NCBI GenBank assembly: GCA_012839865.1
Contig: DUMO01000044.1
Coordinates: 1 to 38,438 of the forward strand
From: Clostridiaceae bacterium
GTDB lineage: Bacteria > Bacillota > Clostridia > CAYPLH01 > DUMO01
Reading direction: 5' to 3'
Length of the DNA: 38,438 nucleotides
The position numbers were made by a program, and so were the translations under genes. Every line of letters starts with the position of its first letter. The first letter of the stretch is position 1. Positions 29,691 to 38,438 of this stretch are shown piece by piece. The notes under the pieces are model-generated. The model was not told where the DNA came from and searched no databases. It saw only the letters and a list, made by a program, of their open reading frames with translations.

Positions 29691-29731
29691 CTGTTCACCT
29701 TCTTTTTGCAAAAGTAAAAATTCTTGAAAAT

Positions 29732-29766
29732 TAAAACAGCAGGAAACTCAATTTCCTGCTGTTTTA
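29732..29766. terminator. Intrinsic terminator after the second SASP gene
   Basis: TAAAACAGCAGGAAA-CTCAA-TTTCCTGCTGTTTTA, perfect 15-bp stem. Confidence 0.8.
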
Positions 29767-29779
29767 TTAATTTAACTGC

Positions 29780-29986
29780 TTATCTTGCCATGTCGCCCTT
29801 TTTTTCTACAGGATACTGATTTCCAGTGTAAGATTGAAATACTTTTCTAACGATGTTTCCGCCTATTTTTCCAGCATCTCTGGAGGAAAGGTCACCATTA
29901 TATCCCTGTTTGAGGTTAACGCCAATTTCGTTTGCAACTTCATACTTCATTTGTTCGAATGAAGTTTTGCTGTTGTTGTTTGCCAC
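29780..29986 (-). CDS. alpha/beta-type small acid-soluble spore protein
   Basis: FEQMKYEVANEIGVNLKQGYNGDLSSRDAGKIGGNIVRK; GTG 29986 after GGAGGTG. Confidence 0.88.
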   Translation of the reverse strand: MANNNSKTSFEQMKYEVANEIGVNLKQGYNGDLSSRDAGKIGGNIVRKVFQSYTGNQYPVEKKGDMAR

Positions 29987-30156
29987 AATATCACCTCCTC
30001 GATATGTATTTTGCACAGATAGCATTTAAATATTAGTAGAAAGATTTGGCTGGCCTTGTTTTATAAAGAAATTGCAATAATATTATTTTCTGCGAAATCA
30101 TATAAATATATCGTGCTTAAATTTCCAAATATAAAAATACCGGGTGGGATTTTGCT

Positions 30157-31344
30157 TTGAAACTTAAACTACGGCTTTGTATTTTCATAAGCATATTTTT
30201 TTGTTTAGCATTGTTTTGCCATGTAAAGGCAAATGAATTTGAAGAAGAACCTTTTGTTGGTGCAATTTACGACCTCTCCGGCCAGGTTGCCGGCAAGGTG
30301 CCGGATATCGATGCAAAAGCGGCAATCGTTATGGACACGGTTACAGGAAGAGTGCTTTATGAAAAAAATGCATATTCAAAAGTACCGATAGCGAGTACCA
30401 CAAAAATTATGACAGCAATTGTGGCACTGGAAAACGGAGACCTGAACGATATGGTTACTGTCAGCGAAAGGGCGGCATCAATATGGGGTTCCCGTGTAAA
30501 TCTTAAAATTGGCGAGCAAATATCCCTCCATGACCTTATGTACGGGATGATGATAAAATCGGGGAATGACGCGGCAATTGCAATTGCAGAACATATTGGC
30601 GGAACCGTTGAAAATTTTCTTGATATGATGAATAAAAAGGCCAGGGAATTAGGTGCGTATGATACTCAATTCAAGTCGCCCCATGGACTTGATATGGAAG
30701 GTCATTATTCGACAGCTTATGACCTTGCCCTTATTACCAGATACGCTCTTGAAAATCCTGTTTTTTCAAAAATAGTCTCTACGGTATCCATCAATATTAA
30801 AGACAGAAATCTGTACAATACAAATGAAATGCTGACTGTTTACCAAGGGGCTGACGGCGTCAAGACCGGATATACCGGCAAAGCGGGGAGGTGCCTTGTC
30901 ACATCGGCCACAAGGGAAAACTGGAGGATTATATCGGTTGTATTAAATTGCAGCAGCAGAACCCAAAGAGCCCGGTCCAGCAAGGCTATTCTGGATTATG
31001 CATTTAACAATTATAAATTTTACACTCTTTTATCTCCTGATGAGGTTCTTTGCAAGCTCCCGGTGGAAAACGGACTCAAGACCAGGACAACAATAGTACC
31101 TGTGGAGGGTGTAATACTTCCTCTCAGAGAAGATGAAGCCGCATTAATACAAAAAAAGGTTCAGTTGCCCGGGAAGATCAAAGCTCCTGTTTATTCAAAC
31201 ATAGAAGTGGGAAATGTGTCATTTTACTTAAGCGGAGAAGTATTGGCCACTACAAAACTGAAAACCGCGGATAACGTGGGGAAGAAGCGCTTTGGCCATT
31301 TCTTCATGGATGTTATTCTCGAGTGGTGCAATTTGATGCGGTAG
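30157..31344 (+). CDS. D-alanyl-D-alanine carboxypeptidase (peptidase S11, DacB/DacF-like)
   Basis: Signal peptide; IASTTKIMT (SxxK), KSGNDAA (SxN), GVKTGYT (KTG); C-terminal PBP5-like domain. Confidence 0.92.
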   Translation: MKLKLRLCIFISIFFCLALFCHVKANEFEEEPFVGAIYDLSGQVAGKVPDIDAKAAIVMDTVTGRVLYEKNAYSKVPIASTTKIMTAIVALENGDLNDMVTVSERAASIWGSRVNLKIGEQISLHDLMYGMMIKSGNDAAIAIAEHIGGTVENFLDMMNKKARELGAYDTQFKSPHGLDMEGHYSTAYDLALITRYALENPVFSKIVSTVSINIKDRNLYNTNEMLTVYQGADGVKTGYTGKAGRCLVTSATRENWRIISVVLNCSSRTQRARSSKAILDYAFNNYKFYTLLSPDEVLCKLPVENGLKTRTTIVPVEGVILPLREDEAALIQKKVQLPGKIKAPVYSNIEVGNVSFYLSGEVLATTKLKTADNVGKKRFGHFFMDVILEWCNLMR

Positions 31345-31422
31345 AATAAAAATCTCATATTACTAAATTCACAACCCGGCTTTGGTACTGGAATTGCGGC
31401 AAATTCAGGATGGCGCGGCATA

Positions 31423-31473
31423 AATGAAATATATGTATAAAGCCATTTGCTATTATTCTGCACACATTTCATT
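31423..31473. repeat. Degenerate short copy (E) of the repeat family
   Basis: AATGAAATATATG...AAAGCCATTTG.TATT.TTCTGCACACATTTCATT; right arm matches copy B; a further partial arm CTGCATACATTTTATT follows near 31492. Confidence 0.7.
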
Positions 31474-31626
31474 CGACTGAAGTTTAAAATCTGCATACAT
31501 TTTATTTAATTGCCATATATAACAGTATCAGTGCCATATCGCATATAAAATCAGCTTCTGTGCCTTGATACTTTCCGGCTGCGGCTGTATAATAACCTCA
31601 AAAGCAAAGTATTCAAGAGGTTTACT

Positions 31627-33372
31627 GTGAAGACAATAATAACGGCTTTAAACTCAAAGTTCATACATTTATCCCTGGCCCCGTGGTATCTTAAGGAAGC
31701 CTGCAGAGACATCAGTGGCGAAATAAAGGTCATGGAATTCACCATAAATGATGAAATTAACTCCATACTTTCATTGCTGATTGCTGAAAAAGCCGATATA
31801 TATGCGTTTTCATGCTACATATGGAACATTGAGTATGTAATCAAGCTTTCATCAGATATAAAAAAAGTAATGCCAAAGTCGAAAATAGTATTGGGCGGTC
31901 CGGAAGTATCATTTAATGCGGATGAAATTCTCAATGATCATGATTTCATCGATTGCGTCATTTCCGGAGAAGGGGAAAAACCCTTCAGACATTTGCTGGA
32001 AGTGATCAGCCAAAAAAAAGAGGCATGTGTAATACCCGGCTTGAGCTTCCGGGATGAAAACGCCATTCAAATCGTAAATTCATACAACGTTGAACACTCT
32101 CTTGATGATGTCCCTTTTCCTTACACTGAAGAAATGATTAACGAAGCGAAAAATAAGATTATTTACTATGAGGCATCAAGAGGTTGCCCTTTTTCATGCA
32201 GTTACTGCCTCTCATCCACCTGCTCCGGAGTCAGGTATTTAAATTTTGAGAGGGTGAAATCTGAACTCACATGGTTGCTAAAAAAAGATATAGGTCAGAT
32301 CAAATTTGTGGACAGGACTTTTAATGCCAACAAGAAAAGAGCAAAAGAAATATTCAAATTTGTAATTGAAAACTGCAGAGAAGGCATTAATTTTCACTTT
32401 GAGGCTGCAGGTGACCTTTTTGATGATGAGATGCTGGAAATACTGCAATCTGCTCCTGCCGGGCTGATTCAATTTGAAATAGGAATACAATCCACCAACC
32501 CTGAAACTTTACTGGCAGTTAACAGAAAGACGGACATTGACAGGGTATTTTCCAATATTGCAAGGTTGCTGAAGCCCGGGAATATTCATGTGCATGTGGA
32601 CCTTATAGCGGGATTGCCCTATGAGACATATGAATTGTTCAAAAAATCCTTTAATGATGTTTACAACTTATCAGCCCATAATTTGCAACTGGGTTTCCTC
32701 AAATTGCTGAAAGGTTCGGGGCTTAGAAAAGATGCCGAAAAGTATGGAATAATATACCGGGATTATCCCCCTTATGAGATCCTTTCAAATAATTTTATCA
32801 CTTTTGATGAATTGGCAAAGCTTAAAAATATTGAGGAAGTTTTGGAGCGTTATTATAACAGCGGAAGGTTTGCGGAGAGTCTTAAATATTTGACAGGAAG
32901 ACTTTATAAAACCCCCTTTGATTTCTATTATGATTTTTCCGTCTACTTAAGAGAAACTGGTCAATTGGACAGGCCTGCAACTCTACAAAGCATGTATGAT
33001 TCATTGTTTTCTTTTATAGAAAATGAATTCAGCAAAGCACATGGAGAAATATTGAAGGACCTTATGAGGTTTGACTTTCTCAGAGCATTTCCTGCGGGAA
33101 AAATGCCTGAAAAAATAAACAAAATCACCGATATGGCGTTTCATAACAAATGCTTTGATTTTTTAAGGAACGAAAAAAATATCCATACATATCTTCCTGC
33201 CTATAAAGGCTGCCCTGCAAAGCAAATATACAAAAATGTCCATTTTGAACTATTCGATTATGACATTTTTTCATTTGATTTAAAAAGAAATGTAATTTTG
33301 TTTGATTATAAAGAAAAAAACAAGGTTACAGGTCTGTATAACTACCACGTCCTGGAAGATAGCCTGTCTTGA
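31627..33372 (+). CDS. B12-binding-domain radical SAM protein
   Basis: N-terminal cobalamin-binding-like domain (FSCYIWN, LGGPEVS, GEGE); SRGCPFSCSYC; DLIAGLPYE. Confidence 0.88.
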   Translation: MKTIITALNSKFIHLSLAPWYLKEACRDISGEIKVMEFTINDEINSILSLLIAEKADIYAFSCYIWNIEYVIKLSSDIKKVMPKSKIVLGGPEVSFNADEILNDHDFIDCVISGEGEKPFRHLLEVISQKKEACVIPGLSFRDENAIQIVNSYNVEHSLDDVPFPYTEEMINEAKNKIIYYEASRGCPFSCSYCLSSTCSGVRYLNFERVKSELTWLLKKDIGQIKFVDRTFNANKKRAKEIFKFVIENCREGINFHFEAAGDLFDDEMLEILQSAPAGLIQFEIGIQSTNPETLLAVNRKTDIDRVFSNIARLLKPGNIHVHVDLIAGLPYETYELFKKSFNDVYNLSAHNLQLGFLKLLKGSGLRKDAEKYGIIYRDYPPYEILSNNFITFDELAKLKNIEEVLERYYNSGRFAESLKYLTGRLYKTPFDFYYDFSVYLRETGQLDRPATLQSMYDSLFSFIENEFSKAHGEILKDLMRFDFLRAFPAGKMPEKINKITDMAFHNKCFDFLRNEKNIHTYLPAYKGCPAKQIYKNVHFELFDYDIFSFDLKRNVILFDYKEKNKVTGLYNYHVLEDSLS

Positions 33373-33499
33373 TTTATTGCTGCTTCTGCCGGAACAGTAA
33401 CAAAAAATTCTAAAAAATCTGATAAAATAATGGAAAATCTCTTTAAATTTTACCAATTGTGATATAAAATAAATACCACATACTATAAATGGTTATAAA

Positions 33500-34366
33500 G
33501 TGGGGGCGTGTTTGATGAGTGTAATAGATGCCTGCAAAAATCTGATAATTTGGCGCCTTTTTATTGGAAGAACCCGAATCCGCAGGAAAACCAGGTATGT
33601 AATCAAGTACTCCTACGCAAATCCATTGCCGGGTCAGGGGTTTATTATAAAAAAAGCCAGCCAGATTCCGCCCTGGCAATCCTGTGGGGTGCGCAATGAC
33701 CAAAGGATTTTCAATAAAAAAGGCAGTATTACCGTAGAAGCTTCTATAGTAATTACAACTTTGATTCTGGTTATTTATCTAATTATTTATGGCTGTCTAA
33801 TAATGTTTCATCATTCCTTTCTTCAAAGCACGGTATCAAAAGCAGCCAGGCTTGGAGCTGCAGCATGGGTGGACGTCAGAATGGACATAGAAACAGGAAA
33901 AATAGATTACGGAATAGAAAAAGATTCAATCTACAATGACATTTTCTTTGATGGAAGCACGGTTTATCATGAAATCCTGCATTTGGGGGAGGAAAACCCA
34001 GTAAACGGTGCAGGCAGCAGCAATGCCAGGATTGATAAAATCAGACAGGTTGTAATCAAGGGTTTATCAGGATCTATTATAAAACCTGTTTCCGCGGATT
34101 TGGAAATATGCTTCACAAACAACCTGATACAAAGACAGTTAAAGGTAACTATAACTCAAGAAGTAAAAGTGCCCTTTGGGTTCATAAAAGGATTGTTTAC
34201 AGACTGCGAAACCGTCAAAATTTCAGCCACCGGTGTTTCCACTGTTTCAGATCCAGCCGAATATATCCGCAACATAGATCTTGCTGTAGAGTATTTTCAC
34301 AAGTTTGGCAGACAGTTGAATATAGAAGAAAAGATAAAGGAGCTTAAGGAAAAGCTTATGCCATAA
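33500..34366 (+). CDS. TadE-like pseudopilin (true start uncertain, possibly 33515 or 33689)
   Basis: Class III signal NKKG|SITVEAS with Glu+5, hydrophobic helix, then AARLGA motif; C-terminal EYIRNIDL. Confidence 0.75.
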   Translation: MGACLMSVIDACKNLIIWRLFIGRTRIRRKTRYVIKYSYANPLPGQGFIIKKASQIPPWQSCGVRNDQRIFNKKGSITVEASIVITTLILVIYLIIYGCLIMFHHSFLQSTVSKAARLGAAAWVDVRMDIETGKIDYGIEKDSIYNDIFFDGSTVYHEILHLGEENPVNGAGSSNARIDKIRQVVIKGLSGSIIKPVSADLEICFTNNLIQRQLKVTITQEVKVPFGFIKGLFTDCETVKISATGVSTVSDPAEYIRNIDLAVEYFHKFGRQLNIEEKIKELKEKLMP

Positions 34367-34453
34367 GCTCCCATTGTGGTTGATGCTATTAAAAATGATT
34401 TTAGCTTAAGTAATCCTGTGTATTATTTCATTTTTGCAAGGGGGGATGATAGA

Positions 34454-36649
34454 ATGCTGTTCAGAAGCTCTAAAGGGTCGGTTTCCGTTTTTCAGTGCCT
34501 TATACTGTTGAGTATATTAACTGTTGTCGGATTGATAGTGGATATTTCCAGGATACTGGTTGCCCAAAGAGAGGTGGAAAATGCCGTATCCTCTGCAGCC
34601 AGGTCAGTTTTGGCATCCTACAACAAAGATCTGGTCGGAGATTATGGCCTTTTTGCAATAGATGTATTTGGCGGAGAATTTTACGAAAATAAAAGAAATA
34701 TGTTTTTGGAATACCTAAAGCTCAATCTGGGGGTTGAAACTAACAGTTCATTTGGTTATATACGTTATTATATTGATGAAAGCCCGGAAAATATCGACAT
34801 TGAAGGTTTTATGAATATATCCGACAGGAATGTTATAAAAAGCCAGATTGTCGAGTATATGAAATATAAAGCACCTGTGACCATAATGGAAAGTATTGTG
34901 GACAAGTTCAAGGCTTCAGGTATTTTTAAGAAACTTGAATTTTCCAGGAAAGAAAAAGTAGTGAGGGAAAAAAGAAATGTTTTGAAAAAGCAAATCAACC
35001 AAACCAATAATAAATTAACTGAGATAAAGAATCTTTGCAGTGATAAAAAACCGGAAAACATGAAAAAGATGCTGAGTGCGCTGAATGAACTTAAGGAAAT
35101 GAACAGAGCCATAGTTGAACCATTGGAGGATTATCTTGAAGCCCAAAAAGATTCTGGTGAATTCAGTAAAAGTGTAATGGAGGAAGATCCTGAAATAGTA
35201 ATAAATATGACTCAAAATTCAGAATTTGATAAAGTAATGGATTTTTCAAACGCACTGGATGCTGATATAGAGATAAACAGGAGGGAACTTGCAAGGCTCG
35301 TAAGTGTCATTGATGGGCTTCTTAATGAAAAGGAAAAATTGACGGTTGATTTGAACAGCCTTTACAACGAGTATGATCAAGTGCAGGACAAGATTGATAG
35401 ATTGAAAAATGACATTGAAAATATAAACCGGCTGAAGAACAATATAGATGTCATAAAAAACGAGATTGGCATTTTGGAGGGAAAAATATATGAACTGAAA
35501 GAAGATTATGAACTAAATGAAGACGTTATTGAACTGCTTGAAATTAATGTTGAAAATCTAAGAGAAGAATTGGATTTTTATGAAAGCCAGCTGGATAAAT
35601 TCGGCCTGGAACAAATTGATGCGGAGCTTTGCGATGCCCAAAATGAACTTTGGTGTTTGGAATTGCAAATCAATGAAACCAAAGATAAAATCTGGGAAAT
35701 TGATAAAGAGATTGAAACTTTGGTTAATAGTTTCGAGCTTACAGGCATGTACCTTATAGAGGTAAGTGAACCTGTAAATGATGAATCTGAAAAGCCTGTT
35801 GATTCCGGAGAAAATTTGCTGCTGTCGGAACTTGAGCAAAGCATTGGCAATCTCCAGAGTCAATTTTTAAATACACTGGCTGGTGATCTGCTTCTTGAAA
35901 ACAGTCTGAAAACAGGAGAAGATTATGGAACGGGCGAACCATCTTTATTTGAAAATGAGGATGAAGGAAGAGCTGAAATACAGAATGACGGGATTATAAG
36001 TTTTTTGGACAGCTTGCAGGGTATCTTCAATGCAGCAATGGAAAAAGTATTTGTTGTAGAATACATACTGGACCGGTTTACCTATTTTACATCAGAGGTG
36101 GAGAGGGGACATTTCTTCCATAAGGGAGAAGCCGAGTATATATTATGGGGCGGAGAAAAGCAGATTGACAATATTGTTAAAACTTTTGGAAGCATATGGT
36201 TTTTGAGGTTTGCAGTCGACAGCATAGACAATTTTTGTACGAGCAAGAATCCACACCCTGTATTCCGCCTGATTTATTCGTTGGGGAAAGGATTCCTGGA
36301 TTCATGCAATGACATGTACCTTCTTTATAACGGTAAAAATATTGCCTTGAGTCCTTCCATACAGTCTGTTAAAATCAGCTATCCCGACCACCTTGGAATA
36401 TTTCTCCTTTTTCAGGCGGTTGTAAATGAAGATGAGCAGATAGATAATATAGTGCAATTGATACATGCAAACATAAAGCAGTCAAATCCTGAATTTCATA
36501 TAAGGCAGTACGGTACGGTAATTCGTTGCCAGGCAAATGTGGAAATCAATCTTTGGTTTTTGCCCCTTCTCCAATTGGAAAAAGTTGGTATAAACAGGTT
36601 TCGGAACGGTCGTTACGTAATATCGACAGAGGTATATGCAGGGTACTAG
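34454..36649 (+). CDS. Large TadG-like pseudopilin with long coiled coil and DUF5702-like C-terminus
   Basis: SSKG|SVSVF, then LIVDISR...AARSVLASYNKDL..DYGLFA, IVEYMKYKAP; heptad-rich middle; EYIL..F, GEAEYILWG, LRFAVD, YPDHLGIFL; start moved to ATG 34454 after GGGGGA. Confidence 0.7.
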   Translation: MLFRSSKGSVSVFQCLILLSILTVVGLIVDISRILVAQREVENAVSSAARSVLASYNKDLVGDYGLFAIDVFGGEFYENKRNMFLEYLKLNLGVETNSSFGYIRYYIDESPENIDIEGFMNISDRNVIKSQIVEYMKYKAPVTIMESIVDKFKASGIFKKLEFSRKEKVVREKRNVLKKQINQTNNKLTEIKNLCSDKKPENMKKMLSALNELKEMNRAIVEPLEDYLEAQKDSGEFSKSVMEEDPEIVINMTQNSEFDKVMDFSNALDADIEINRRELARLVSVIDGLLNEKEKLTVDLNSLYNEYDQVQDKIDRLKNDIENINRLKNNIDVIKNEIGILEGKIYELKEDYELNEDVIELLEINVENLREELDFYESQLDKFGLEQIDAELCDAQNELWCLELQINETKDKIWEIDKEIETLVNSFELTGMYLIEVSEPVNDESEKPVDSGENLLLSELEQSIGNLQSQFLNTLAGDLLLENSLKTGEDYGTGEPSLFENEDEGRAEIQNDGIISFLDSLQGIFNAAMEKVFVVEYILDRFTYFTSEVERGHFFHKGEAEYILWGGEKQIDNIVKTFGSIWFLRFAVDSIDNFCTSKNPHPVFRLIYSLGKGFLDSCNDMYLLYNGKNIALSPSIQSVKISYPDHLGIFLLFQAVVNEDEQIDNIVQLIHANIKQSNPEFHIRQYGTVIRCQANVEINLWFLPLLQLEKVGINRFRNGRYVISTEVYAGY

Positions 36650-36694
36650 GATCGCATGGGAAACAATCCTGAAAGAAAAGGATGGTAAAGCTGC

Positions 36695-37780
36695 ATGAGG
36701 AGGAATGAATTACTATTCAAATCAATAAAAAAGAACAACTGCAAAGGGGCCTTAACAGTTGAGGCGAGCCTCACTTTTCCTGTTTTTGTGTGTTTATTTT
36801 TGTTTCTGATCTTTTTCATCAAGATTGCAAGCATTAACATAATTCTTGACAATGCAGTAGTGGAAACTGCAAAGCAGCTTGCCACAAGCTGCTATCCGAT
36901 AGCTTATCTCAATGAACTGGAAGATGATTATATCCCCAATGATGTTGATGTTCAAAGCATACTAATTGAAGAATTCAAAGACATGGGAAATGCTGTTCTG
37001 GATGATAATTCAAACGTATATTCAGAAACCCTTGCCAAAATCATAAGCGGTAATGCCAGTGTTGATGACTTTAAAAATTTAATTGGCCAATTTGGAGAAA
37101 ACCTGCTGGAAAGAGGCTTGGACTGGTTTGCCGCCAGGGAAATTTCCAAGGTATATTTTGATATAAAACACAAGGCAGAGTATCTTGCAGCATCTTCACT
37201 AATGAAAAATCATATTGCCAATACATGGCTTTCCCCGGACCAACTTGAGATTACTTTTATTTCATTTCCTTCAAGTGTGTCTGAATTAGAATTAAGGCAG
37301 AATAGCGGCTTATATCTGGCAAAATGCAGTCAAATCGGCTATATACCCGGGCAGGATGAAGTTGTGATAGTTGTTGAATATAAAACCGGTTTAAGCATTC
37401 CCTTTTTTTCTGCAAAGGAAATCGTTATCAGAAAGTGGGCAGTAGAGAAGGCATGGCTGAACGGAAGCTATGGGGTTTACGCCATCCATAGCCTGACAGC
37501 AGATGAAAGCCAGGGAGGTGATAATGAAAATAATAATGAAAACAGCGGTGAAAATAATGTATATGAAAATGAATATGATGTTAAGGGCGAGGAGTATTTT
37601 GACGAAGAATATAAAGGCAATCAAAAAATATATAAAACTAAAACAGGAACGAGATACCACATGGAAGGCTGCATGTATTTAAGAATGAGCAAGATCCCCA
37701 TAACAATATCACAAGCGGAGAAGGAAGGGCTTAAGCCTTGTAAAATTTGCATTCAGGGCATGAAACCCTTTGGACGGTAG
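36695..37780 (+). CDS. TadE-like pseudopilin with C-terminal H/C3 metal-binding module
   Basis: NCKG|ALTVEAS with Glu+5 and a hydrophobic helix; C-terminal YKTKTGTRYHMEGCMYL...AEKEGLKPCKIC. Confidence 0.78.
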   Translation: MRRNELLFKSIKKNNCKGALTVEASLTFPVFVCLFLFLIFFIKIASINIILDNAVVETAKQLATSCYPIAYLNELEDDYIPNDVDVQSILIEEFKDMGNAVLDDNSNVYSETLAKIISGNASVDDFKNLIGQFGENLLERGLDWFAAREISKVYFDIKHKAEYLAASSLMKNHIANTWLSPDQLEITFISFPSSVSELELRQNSGLYLAKCSQIGYIPGQDEVVIVVEYKTGLSIPFFSAKEIVIRKWAVEKAWLNGSYGVYAIHSLTADESQGGDNENNNENSGENNVYENEYDVKGEEYFDEEYKGNQKIYKTKTGTRYHMEGCMYLRMSKIPITISQAEKEGLKPCKICIQGMKPFGR

Positions 37781-38078
37781 CAAATGGCAGTTCTTTTGGA
37801 GCCATGATACGGAGTGACTAATAAATGAAAAGGTACCATAAAATACATAAAAATTATGAAAAGTTAAATTTTTTACTGATGAACTAAAACTTAGAGGTTT
37901 ACCTTGCAATCAGCTTTTGGTATAGTATATTTAGATAGATAATTATAAATATATAAAAAATAATCCATCATAAACTTTGCAGATGTTCTGTTTTCCTGAT
38001 GTTGTTTTGCCGGAAAGCGAAAGAAGGATAATTATCCTCTGAATTTAAGAAGCACGAAAGGAAGGGAAACGGTAAAAA

Positions 38079-38438
38079 ATGCATATAAAACTAAATAAAA
38101 CCTTTTTCAAAATATTAGCGGCATTTTTAACTATAATATTTCTGTCAATGATTTCGTATCTGTTTTTCTACCTGAGTGCATACCATATAATAAGGGACAA
38201 TATAATAAATGATGGATATAAAGAGTTGTCAATGTTTGACAATGAGATGGAGCGAAACGTATATGAAGCATACAGTTTTATTTACAAGACTGGCAATGAT
38301 CCAACCATTGAGGCCATTGATAACAAACATTCCGCCAACTACTACGATTATTTAAGAATTACTGAATATATTAAACAGACATTGGCTATGTATCCATTTA
38401 TCAGTGATATTGTTTTTTATGATAAAAACAGCTCCTTA
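38079..38438 (+). CDS. 5' part of a membrane-anchored sensor/regulator (YesS-like AraC regulator or sensor kinase); runs off the window
   Basis: Open frame from ATG 38079 to the window end: MHIKLNKTFFKILAAFLTIIFLSMISYLFFYLSAYHIIRDNII...YPFISDIVFYDKNSSL (TM helix then Cache-like region); purine-rich RBS upstream. Confidence 0.6.
   Translation, partial: MHIKLNKTFFKILAAFLTIIFLSMISYLFFYLSAYHIIRDNIINDGYKELSMFDNEMERNVYEAYSFIYKTGNDPTIEAIDNKHSANYYDYLRITEYIKQTLAMYPFISDIVFYDKNSSL

Noticed and set aside
30080..30106. sigma-E-like promoter (ATA-N16-CATATAA) before the carboxypeptidase
   Set aside because: Plausible, but too degenerate in AT-rich DNA to support as a feature.
7987..31473. Repeat copies as a CRISPR array
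   Set aside because: Copies are kilobases apart, variable in length, not regularly spaced, and there are no cas genes.
2686..37909. Numerous antisense or nested ORFs in the track overlapping the called genes
   Set aside because: Shadow frames of well-supported genes with no motifs or RBS.

Overview
AT-rich Bacillota chromosomal window. The gene content (alpha/beta SASPs, clostridial-type SecA, DUF421/DUF4363, Amidase_6) suggests a spore-forming clostridium, possibly Acetivibrio/Ruminiclostridium-like; this is inference. Most of it is housekeeping and sporulation genes: secA, folC, thrC, an ACT regulator-hom-aspartokinase cluster, an ECF S component, an MCP, a GntR regulator, an RsmB/F methyltransferase, a polysaccharide deacetylase, an anaerobic sulfatase maturase, tRNA-Val(GAC), a D,D-carboxypeptidase and a B12 radical SAM enzyme. 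Four things stand out. (1) A stand-alone triad of Tad-type pseudopilin genes (33.5-37.8 kb) with no pilus motor, platform or Flp genes beside it; one carries a long acidic coiled coil and another a C-terminal H/C3 metal-binding module. (2) A dispersed, modular palindromic repeat family with five copies, all just downstream of genes, sharing ATGAAA..TATGCA termini but differing in internal modules. (3) The right end of an IS200/IS605-type element (candidate omegaRNA scaffold) at the left edge. (4) An internally deleted FAD-oxidoreductase pseudogene abutting the tRNA. All calls come from reading motifs by eye; no database searches were run.
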